A stretch of 64,000 nucleotides of DNA from Ylistrum balloti (taxonomy: Eukaryota), in contig NW_026781965.1 in NCBI RefSeq assembly GCF_031769215.1, positions 248,001 through 312,000 of the forward strand. Reading direction: 5' to 3'. The notes under the pieces were generated by a model. The model saw only the letters and a list, made by a program, of their open reading frames with translations, was not told the DNA's origin and made no database searches. Shown piece after piece: positions 49,340 to 60,900 of this stretch (position 1 is the stretch's first letter; the number at the start of each line of letters is the position of its first letter). A program made the position numbers and the translations under genes.

Positions 49340-50400
49340 GTCAAACTTCATACAAGGATATCGTAGAAGGAGCATAACAAACTTCATACAGGGATATTGT
49401 AAAAGGCATAACAAACTTCATACAGGGATATCATCAAAGGCATAACAAACTTCATACAGGGATATCGTAAAAGGCATAACAAACTTCATACAGGGATATC
49501 ATCAAAGGCATAACAAACTTCATACAGGGATATCATCAAAGGCATAACAAACTTCATACAGGGATATCATCAAAGGCATAACAAACTTCATACAGGGATA
49601 TCGTAAAAGGCATAACAAACTTCATACAGGGATATCATCAAAGGCATAACAAACTTCATACAGGGATATCTTAAAAGGAGCATAAAAAACTTCATACAGG
49701 GATATCATCAAAGGCATAACAAACTTCATACAGGGATATCTTAAAAGGAGCATAAAAAACTTCATACAGGGATATCGTAAAAGGCATAACAAACTTCATA
49801 CAGGGATATCATCAAAGGCATAACAAACTTCATACAGGGATATCTTAAAAGGAGCATAAAAAACTTCATACAGGGATATCATCAAAGGCATAACAAACTT
49901 CATACAGGGATATCTTAAAAGGAGCATAAAAAACTTCATACAGGGATATCGTAAAAGGAGCATAACAAACTTCATACAGGGATATCGTAAAGAGAGCATA
50001 ACAAACTTCATACAGGGATATTGTAAAAGGAGCATAACAAACTGCCTACAGGGATATCTTAAAAGGAGCATAACAAACTTCATACAGGGATATTGTAAAA
50101 GGAGCATAACAAACTGCCTACAGGGATATCTTAAAAGGAGCATAACAGACTTCATACAGGGATATCTTAAAAGGAGCATAACAAACTTCATACAGGGATA
50201 TTGTAAAAGGAGCATAACAAACTGCCTACAGGGATATCTTAAAAGGAGCATAACAGACTTCATACAGGGATATTGTAAAAGGAGCATAACAAACTGCCTA
50301 CAGGGATATCTTAAAAGGAGCATAACAGACTTCATACAGGGATATCTTAAAAGGAGCATAACAAACTTCATACAGGGATATTGTAAAAGGAGCATAAACT
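49340..50400. repeat. 30-32 bp tandem repeat (~33 copies) in the intron between the constant exons and the terminal-exon array
   Basis: cttcatacagggatatc(atc/gta/tta)aaagg(ag)cataacaaa, with a ctgcctacag variant. Confidence 0.95.
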
Positions 50401-50553
50401 TTACACAAGGATTTCATAACAGGAGCATAACTCCAAGAATAGTACAATTGAAACTGGAATGAAAAAGAAAATGCAGGTTCACAATTACCAATATTTATTG
50501 CTCCAGGCAATTGTCTGTCTTCAGACAGACAATCTGTTTCCAGTAAACCTCAC

Positions 50554-53500
50554 ATATCCTTGATAGAGGGGGTGTAATAATTCAGCAGGTAGCTACCATT
50601 TCTATCTCTACAAAAATCTCAATTTCTTGACTTTTTATCCTTGGTAATGATGTTTATATAAAGACTAAATGTTTGCGTAAAAAATTTTAAAAATCATATT
50701 TTTTGAAAAAAAAATTTCTGATATTTGCTCATGTAAATATTAAGAAACTGGCTTCATAAAGTCAAGAATACTTTTGTTTGAAAGTGAAAGAAACAGTGGT
50801 TGGTGGTTTGGTAGACATAAGATGAACAAGTGGCTTGAAATATGAAAGCAGAAAAACAGGGAGAAAATTACATGGTTGTTATATTACTTCTGTAAGTAGG
50901 CAGTCAGGCAGTAATTCAATTAAACCCTGTACAACTAAGCTCATTAAAACCACATACAACTAAGCTTTTCTACAAAGTCAAATAAACATAATGGTGTATT
51001 AGCTGCATAATTATATAAAGCACGTACATTATTTTCAGAATCCCGGGTACATTATTTTAAAAATTGGATCAACATGCAGGGGCAATGGGTCACAACCACT
51101 TTCCTTCAAGGATCTATATATAAAATTAGGATCATGAACCACTTCCTTGAAAACCACACCATCTTCTGGTTCGAGTGATTGCAGTGCCAACTTACTGCAT
51201 CTAAAAGAGTAACACAATCAAAAAAATCACTTTAGTAAAAATCCACAAAATCATTAATGGAAAAAAAATAATCTAGCTAAATCCTTCTAAAAAAGTTGAT
51301 GATGATGGGTTAAATGAATGATGAAAGGCAATGAAGCTACATCCATAGTTACTGTTCACTTAGCAAAGGTTAAATAAAAAGCAAGTTATCATAAGTTAAT
51401 CATGGATTATGTTATTTTTACCTTGATAGGAGGAAGGGAAGAATATTTAGCTCAGGTTTGGAAAAAGTATTATATATAATTCTTTATACAGTGTTACTTT
51501 TTTGTTAAGTGATGGATATTTCCCATAGAGCATTTGACTGGTGAAATCCTGATTAATTGAAAACCATGAATATGTTGTATCACTGTTAGCAAAATCAATT
51601 TACACCAAAATACAACATATGACCCACTTATGCAGGCAAGTTAATCACTAAGTACAAATGATGTTTTAAGGAAATCTGATCTTATTTTCATTTCCTGAAT
51701 ATATTCTATACTACAGTAATTTTTCCTGCTTAAAACTTACTGGTTCCCATTACGTTCTTACTGTCTATATTTGTTTTTGAATGGGTTGACTAGATACAAA
51801 ATGGATTTAGAATTTTCACATGCAGATTTTTCATCAAAAAGTTGAGTATCTTAATTCTGAATGGTTGAAAATCAAAGGACAATAGATGATAAAAATTTGT
51901 AACTGTAAAATTTAAACTCTGTATTTTTTATAAGTTAGACATCTTTTCGTTTTCCTTTTTAAAATAATCCATATTATTGAAATTAAAGAATAAAAATCAA
52001 GAAAGCTAAATCTTCTATCAAAGGCATTTTCAAATTCATTATTGGGAAGAGTGAAAAGTACATGGTTTCAAATATAGCAGATCTAGGTTACCAGGTTACA
52101 ATTAGTCAAAACAAAGAGTCAGTTTTCAGGTGATAATTTCTAGTTGCATTCTTTTTTGCTTCCATTTGATAACTGTCTTGTTAGGTATTTGATATTTGCT
52201 GATTTTGTAATCTGCTTATTGTTCATGTATTCATATTTGCCTTAATGCTATGTTCTTGTCAGCTGCTCAATTATCATTTCCATTAATTTCCAATTGCAGC
52301 ACAGCATACAGGATTCATAAGACATGTATATACAAAATACAATTCATCTGTGCTATACAAGATTGTGGAGAACACAACCAAAACACTTCTGACACGACAA
52401 TACGTTAGCAACACTCTCATAAACCTAATTGTTGGCACAGGAAGAGATTAATAGAATTTCAAGCATTACGTAGCAACATCCTTTTTGACAAAGCATATAC
52501 AGAATGGCACCTGTAAAAATACTGCTTGAGATTTAATATTCTTAATTTGATATACAAGATAATAGTCCAGGTAATCTGACAGGAAACTGCACAAAAATAT
52601 TCAGAGATAATTGTTCAATAAGATAAGCCTTTTGAGACAACTACGTGTTCTGGATACTCAAAATGTCCTAGAAATGTGTTGATGCAAATTGTTAGGGTGA
52701 CTGGACCCCCTGCAGCCATCTTGCATTCTCTCATTGCTATTTGTTAATTGATAATTGCTTGATTTTATACTTATCGGTCACCAATTGTTATCATTTTCTA
52801 AATGCTGTTTGCTTATTATGATATATTTGAAAAATACAATGTTATGTAAGTCAAATAACTGATGCATGATGTAAAGAATGAAATCTACAACTACCAGAAG
52901 AGTATAAACATATATACAGCATTTAGCAACTGAAATGAATAATTAGCATAATGGTGTGTATGGCAATATGAAATTCATCAGTGTATAAGTGCTGAATTCC
53001 AAATCCAGGTGTTGTACAGTGATAAAGGAACCAACTCTCTGATCGTTTTTAGTAAAGACTGGATTAGATATCATGTTTGTTAAAGCAAAATTGTGTCCTG
53101 AAAGTCATACAATACAAAATATGACAAATGTGAAATAATTATGTAGAATGGTCAGCTTTTCTTTTCCAATACAGCAATGTTGTAGATTCACTACAGCACC
53201 ATGGTTGCAGATTCAGCACTGTATTATTGTACACGATGAGTCACTGTATAGTAAAGTGTTTCACTGCACAGTGTAATTATAGAAAAAGAACTGTGGTCAA
53301 TATGATAAGCTTTTGATAAATGTGCAAGTAATGTGAAATTAGAAGATTCTTGAAAATTTTATGAGTGTAGGAATACACCATAATATATAAACAGTACAGC
53401 TGGTACAGAGGATGACTGATTGCCCCTGAAACAACTAGTGTATCAAATGAAATGAGTTATAGCTACTGTGCTATATATCACAACTTCATTTAACAACTTG

Positions 53501-55416
53501 TTGCTATCTACCCTTCCTCCACAAAACTGCTTTACTATCCATAAACCATTTATGGGAAGCACAACAGTTATATTTTAGATATTTGAACTTAGTGAGATGG
53601 TGAGTCTGCTGACAAGCTATCCTTTACTTGTCTGTATAACTCTGCTCAAAAGTACAAATGCAAACAATTAAAAAAAACAAAAACACTAACTACATAAATT
53701 GCTAAATCTATTCAATTCATGCTTGCATGCAGAATTAATACTATATATTACAAATCTGGCATGTAATTATCAATAATCAGAAAAGCCTGAACTGATAACA
53801 CATGACATAGTATGTATTCAACAAAAGAATGAGAAATAGTATCATTACATGTTTACATGAACATTCATTAAATGAAATAATTTGATAATCTTATTTACTT
53901 CCAAATCCTTTCAATTTTATTGCTAAAACCAAAGAGATATACATTATGGAGAGACAATTTCATAATCGACTTCAACACATTTAATTAATACCCACCTTTT
54001 TGTGTCAAAATTATCAGCCCCTGAAAACATTATAGCTGTTTTACTGCCTGTCAGGGTTGCATCCTGTTCACAACTTGAACTCTGGAGAAGACATAACATA
54101 TTGATGATAGGTAAAGAAATATGAAATTTGTTGCACTAAGAACCTACACCTACATCTTTGACAAGATCAAAAGGCAAACTGTTAGCATTTCAGTTCAGTT
54201 GAATTTTGGCTGTGCTATTAACATTAAATTGTACAACTCGGAACTCTTGTACAAATATTGACAAATGTGTTCATTTAAAAAAAGAGGTTGTCTAAAGTTA
54301 ACAAATTATTTTAATTGTATGTTGTTAAGGTATAAAAATTGTGTATTGTTATGGCTACTAGTGTCAATCTGATATGATCCAATGATTCAAAAGTGTCACT
54401 GCTATACATGGCCAGTTATTTTCGACAATCAACAAGTAAAAACTAATGGATTTATCAATCACTTCAATAAGAGTTACAGGAATTGGATGTTCTATGTGTG
54501 AAATATTGACTTTACAGAGTACAGAATGTGTTACTGGAGTCAAGCAGTGAGTGTTTGACTAGAGACTGAAGGGATGCTAGTTTTACCTCAACCAGTGGTA
54601 GGGTGTTTTTAATTACTCCTTCCTATTACAGATAGAAGCTATTGAAAATTGAAATGCTTCCTTAGAGATAATGAACCATGCCTGCTGCTTTCTTCTGGGA
54701 AAGGAGTGAGTAGTGTAGAAGTTGAGAGTACAGGTCACATGGTTAGCCTTCGCTAATGGGAATTTGCATTTTGTCAATTGATAGAGTGTCTGGCTAGAGA
54801 CTAAAGGGTCACTAGTTCAAATATAGTTCATATAGGAAAGGCACTAGATTTTGAATATTGGTGTACATAATATCATGATACGGTGTTGTATATAACGGTA
54901 CCAAACTTTGAAATGCTGTTGTTTGGCCGATTTATTATCCGAAATTAAAGTGCCAACTGTGGTAAGGCATATGTTAAAAGTTTCTTGCCGTGTAAACCTC
55001 TAATATGTTTGGAGTAATATGATTCCTGTTACGTGTCTCTCATTAGGACTATTTTGTTAGTATGCTCGCTATATTCATGCCTAATCTCTTCATGGATTAC
55101 ATTCATATTTCACTATGATCTAGAGCCTCCTGTGATATACAACATATTAAAAAATAAACCCATTTAACTAGATGATGACATCTTATTATTAATAGAATGT
55201 CAAACTGCTTCTGAGTATTGACATGACAGCACTGGATACCGCTCTTTTAACAGTTTAAATGATCCGAACAAGTTTTACGGTTTGACATGACAGCTGAGAG
55301 TAGACTTCCCTTCATACCTGTGACTGTTTTGCCAACAGCCTTTTAAGAGCTTCTTGTTTCTTTTCCAAATTTGCCTGACGCCTCCGTGCCTCTTGATGGA
55401 AAGCACACTCAGACAT
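50554..55416 (-). CDS. Uncharacterised protein, constant N-terminal region (4 coding exons, 344 nt, ends in phase 2)
   Basis: Exons 55318-55416 (MSECAFHQEARRRQANLEKKQEALKRLLAKQSQ; CAG|gtatga), 52470-52510 (VPFCICFVKKDVAT), 51051-51200 (CSKLALQSLEPEDGVVFKEVVHDPNFIYRSLKESGCDPLPLHVDPIFKI) and 50554-50607 (DRNGSYLLNYYTPSIKD; AT|gtgagg). All have GT-AG boundaries and the phases chain 0-2-2-2 without stops. I do not recognise the family. Confidence 0.7.
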
Positions 55417-55479
55417 GGCTTCTTAGATCAGTTGGAACTTGTTATTCCTGTGATCTTGAACTACCTTCCTGAATAGCGT

Positions 55480-55910
55480 TTTCTGTAACTATGAGTAACA
55501 CGCATGGGCAGTGTAAACCGGAAGCTAGAATTTATCGATGATACTTTTTAAGAAAATAATTAAAAACCATATTTTTTTCTTTTCCTTATTGAAAAAATAT
55601 TTTTTTGTTTGGCTTCGGTAATTTCATAGAGAATTTTTGAGATAAAACCAATATCATTTTTAAATGTGATCTAAGCGACGCGATTTGTATTTGGGGTCTT
55701 TTTTCTCTGATACATGGGTTCCCCGTCGAATGCGCTAAAATTGGCGTAAATTCAGACCACTTCTGCGCAACTGCATGTGCCAGAACAAATTTTCTACGAA
55801 GAAATTCATCAACTCTTCACCTATCTTAGACGCCCTTATTAAAACATTCTAATGTATTTATGAGGATAGCACACCTAGAAATCGTATTTCATAATTTTTG
55901 AGGTGAGTAT
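55480..55910. promoter_or_regulatory. Bidirectional promoter region, uncharacterised gene / G3BP, with probable non-coding first exons
   Basis: CpG-rich, with CCGGAAG near 55517 and TGCGCA..TGCATGTGC near 55764. The plus-strand donor GAG|gtgagt at 55902 and the acceptor at 57900 bracket a G3BP 5'UTR intron. There is a minus-strand acceptor near 55470. Confidence 0.55.
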
Positions 55911-57921
55911 TTGTCAAAGAAACTGTATTTTATCAGATTGAATGACGGTACCGGGTTACCTCGTGTATCGTGGTGTATCGTGTCTTCCGTGTGTTTTACA
56001 GACTCATTGTTAGAAAACTGTTCTTGTTGTAAATCTAAATTGCATGTATATTGTGTTATATTGTTTAATCATACATCATAATTCAAAAATACTAACCATT
56101 CTCTTGTAAATGTGACTGAATATACATTGCATGACCTATCACGTGGCTCTGTAATTTGATAATGCAGGCCACAAACCGAAAGGCCGAGAAAAACACGATT
56201 TGAACATGTTCTCACCGAAATGTTTTTGCAAATATGGCGTTTATCATATCATTAAATGTCATTTTGTTTCTTCTTTCTGAAGTTTTCATGAAAAAACATC
56301 GTTTATGTATTTCAGGTTTGGGATTTCCACATGGTATTATTTTCCAAATTTGGAATGTATGCAGATCAGTAATTAGTTGAATAGTTCTGCGATCAATAGA
56401 AGTTTTCACGACTTTCAAGTCAGAAATACTATCTGATTTTAAATCGCCAGTATTTATATTGTACATTTGAAGCCGAAATTGTATACATTTGGTCAGTGTT
56501 ACTGGAGATTATTTTTATCTTAATGGTAATAATCTTTGTCTGGTATAAATGGCTTGCAGAATCGTGTTGTATTGCTTATACCTCCAGAAATTTACACTGT
56601 GTGAAAGAAATCCGGGAAGTGGTTGAGTTTATTTTTGTAAATAGATACAATTGCTATGACTTGCATAAACTAGGCATATAACTGTATTTATTGCTTATGA
56701 TAGTGAATGAAATGTTCACTAGAGCTGAAACAAATAGCAGATTCTGGCATTTAAATATTCCTTTAATATTTCTGATAGAGATGCCAACAATAAGAACATG
56801 TACTTATTTTTCAGAAACTCCACTAGATACCAGCAGTTATTTGAGTAATTAATATATCTTTTACATATAAATGTAAAACAAATATTATTTAAAGTTTCAG
56901 GTTTAATTTTAATGAAATATACCTTCAGTTAGAATAACGAAACACATAAAAGTCATCTGAAGAGCTGGTAGTAAAACAATATTTTGAGTTGGATCATGTG
57001 GTGAGATGTTACCTTCTTGTCTTAGTTTTGTCATCTGACAAGTGAAGACTGAACAATTTGTTTACAAGTCTGGAAAATGTTCAACACATAGATTCCTAAA
57101 TCAGAGCTAATCCCCATCTATTTACGTATTGACTTTAATAACGTTACCAAAATGGCTTGTGTAGTAGATTTTCATAAGTCAATTGGGTACTTGTAATCAA
57201 CTTTGTTACACAGAAACATTTTCCTCATTCTGATGTTCAATACTTCAATACAGAATGTTAGTCTGGTGATGACTAGTTATTTTTATACAGTAAAACTGCT
57301 TAGTGTAGCTTATTTTCAGTTCCAGATCTCTCTGAATTCAGTTTGAAATATTCCCAAATCCATTTGGTTATACATGCGATAAAGTAGATACATTATACCA
57401 AATATTAGAATGTGGTTTTGTTAATATAATGTTCAGGAAAGAGGTATTCGTTCCTGAAAATTCGAAGGTCTGTTTCAACTCCCAATGTTGATAAAAATTT
57501 ATGTTGATGGTTACAAATTCATCAATAACTACAGCATGGTGCTTTATCATAATATGAGGAATCTGAGTCACTGCAATGTTTATGCTTCCGGGTTTGAAAT
57601 AGCATGATACGACTGTGATTATTGCCGTTCAACTAGGCTAAATACTTCGTTAATGATTTCTTATCGTGATGAGATCATTTGAACTTTTCAGAAACAGAAA
57701 CATAAGATCATTAAATTGAAAATCCAATCGCCAAGTGGGCAAATGAGGTAACAACATTCAGTAGCCCAGCTAATGATTTGGTCGCATTGGGCGACTGGGC
57801 GACCGTTAATCTGCACCCCTGAACTAAAACATTATTTTTTCTGATTATTTGATGATAAATCTTGGATTGAGTATTCTAGAAATAACATTTATTTTTACAG
57901 ATTACTTGATAAAGTAAAGTC

Positions 57922-60900
57922 ATGGTCATGGAAACCCCAAGCCCACAGTGTGTTGGCCGCGAGTTTGTGAGGCAGTACTACACCTTGCTTCATGAGGCCC
58001 CACTGCATCTCCACAGGTAATGTGACCAATTTAAGGTCCTTTTTTCATCATATTATTTCTATATAGATAGTTGCTTTATCCATCATTTACGGAAATTTGT
58101 GACATGTTACTGTAAATCTTCAGTCAGAAATTTTTCAATAAAAACAATAACTTCTGTCTGTGAAATTTTGAACACTTCCTAATCTTGTTTCACTTTCTGT
58201 ATTACAAATGATTACCATATATATATGGACCACAGAACAGCAACATATACTCTCAAAGTGCAACAGTGTTTCACTTCACATTTTGATAAGACTATCCCAG
58301 TTTTGGTGGGTGTCAGTGAGATTTTAACAAACTTTCAACGGTTCTCATACCCCATTTTGGGACTGGGGCCCGGGGCCCTTAGAATTGGGAAAATAATGGT
58401 GTTTTCCTTAGAATTGGGAAAACTTCGGGTCTAAATTGGGAAAAAAGATAATATTTTGCATTGGGAATGGGGCGGAATATTGGCCCGAAATCTGGCAGAT
58501 GGAGAGCCCTGTTTAATCTGTAGTCATGTTAAATCTTAATCCACACTCCACATACTGATCTGTTAATTTCTGCGACTACACAAGCAGACATGTTGTTTTG
58601 GGGGCTACATTTAACATCGTTTGTTTGTCACAATATCCAACATGATGCACAAAATAAGGTCTGAGATTTCATTTCAGTTGAATGACATGTACTGCAGTAC
58701 AATTAAGTATTTCAAAAGATGATCATATTATAATCAACATGTATATGCCCCACCATTAAGAGGTCAATTTTTTGGTGCATGTTTCATGGTATCAAGATCA
58801 AAGTGATTGTCTAATTTTATAGAATACTGATTTCACTTGTCAGCAGGTCATTTATGTTTGACAGACAATTTCTAAATTTCAGAAAATATCATTATTGACT
58901 GGTACTTTACAGCCTTGCTAGGAAGCTTTTAAACACTTTGTTGTAGTTTTGGTCAATGTCAACTTTGAGAGTTTGAACTCTAAATTCATATTCAGATCGG
59001 ACTGACAAGGTTTATAGTATCTGTTTTGATATAGATTGCATGGCTTGAATAAGACATTATCACATCTCAAGATATGCAAGTTCTTAGTTGCTGATGTATA
59101 TACTGGACAGTCCAAAAAAAGAATTCTACAAGATACTGAAAATATAGATAACAAGATAAACAAGATGTGTACAGTTGAACTTTATCCTGAAGTTACAGGG
59201 ATTGTGAAATAAACAATAACTGATAAAGTATTTGAATCAACTCTTGTACTCCTTAAACAACTTACACAAACTAAATACTGTACTTTCCAGATCATAAGAA
59301 TAATTAGGGGAAATCCAAGTTCTAGAACAAGCACCACGTTTGTTTACAATATGAATGGGTTTGTGTAGCTTAAAAGAAAACTTATTATGGGACTAAAAGA
59401 ATTTGGTCAGTATGCAAGGGCCTTTGTTGATATTTAACACTACAGACACTAGTGGAGAGATATTTTAGTAAGCCATGTGTAACTTTAGGCCCTATATCTA
59501 GATCTGTGCACTGGCAATCTTTGAAGGCCTTGAGCCAAGCAAGTTTGATATTTGCTATTTCATGTTTTTTATTTGAATGACCAGAATAACTTAAAAAATA
59601 CGTCAGTAAATTAAGGATAATTTGTGCACAATTCACTTGCAAAATTTATTAAATGTTTCACAAACTATCTGGTTAAATTGTCTTGTGTTGTCTGTTACAT
59701 CAAAAAACTGTAGTTTCTATATCGTGAGAAAGGGTGTGACTTATTTTCCAGTGCAACTAATATGTGGATCAAATTGGGGAAAAAATTGGATCTGTAGTAA
59801 ATGCAGTTAGTCAAATTCACTTCTCCAATCAGTAGAAAAGAATTTCAGTCCAGTAGTATAACTTCAGCTTTCTGCAGTTATCAAACTAATGTGGTGTTTA
59901 TTATATTTGCTTGTTGTACAAAAAAACATCTATTTGCAGATTTTATAGCCACAATTCCAGCTTTGTACATGGTGGCGTTGAGAAACCTGGTGAAGAACAG
60001 CCTCCAGTCATGGGACAAGTTGTAAGTTGTGTTGTGTAAATACAGGAATAAAATAAACAGATTAAAAAGAAATGATGAAGAAGATGAAAATAGATCTGAT
60101 GAGCCATCCCCAAAATTTTTTGAAGTTATTACTATATAAAGCGAATGACCAACTAGGCTCTAAGTTCTATTTTGAACAGTTTTACGCCATGATGATAATG
60201 GTGTTAACATTTAATTGACAATAATGAAAATTTGTTTATATATCCTTTCATGATACATAAATATTGTTTCCATAAATATTGTCTGAACAGAAAGTTATTT
60301 CTATTAGGAAATCTGAACCATTCAAATCCGTATTCCATATTTACTTTGAATTTCTGATGAATTTCAGGTTTAAAACAATTGTTGAATTTTGGAGCTGAGA
60401 TATTTGAGTTCTGGACTTAAGCTTTTTTTTTTTTTTTGTGGGATTCACTCATAGTTTGAGACAACACTATATCTTTCGGGATCAAGTCTCATAAAAAATT
60501 TTGGAATTGGTGTCAAAACTAGATACTAATAGGAAACTATCTAGGTTGATGCTACCTTTGTTTTGTTGAGTTGTTCTATTTAATCCACTGAATGATAATG
60601 AATTAGGCATAGATGATGACAGAATCTTCAAATTTTTCTATTTATAATTAAGCACTTGGCATTTCAAAATAATTGATTGGTTTTCTACTTTTTTTTTATC
60701 ACGAATGTGTGATATATTCATATTGATAGTCACTATGACCTTTAATTTCAGGATATTCATAAGAAGATTATGTCTCTGAACTTCCGTGATTGTCATGCTA
60801 AGATCCGACAAGTTGACAGCCAGGCAACAGTAGGCAATGCAGTAGTGGTACAGGTAATATGATTTTTATATGCTTAATGGACAAGGTTACATATTTTGCA

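Noticed and set aside
49796-50395. 199 aa MLLLQYPC... ORF
   Set aside because: Translation of the 30-32 bp repeat.
56150-56680. CpG-richer segment with 61-84 aa ORFs in the G3BP 5' intron
   Set aside because: No recognisable protein, terminal repeats or chainable exons.
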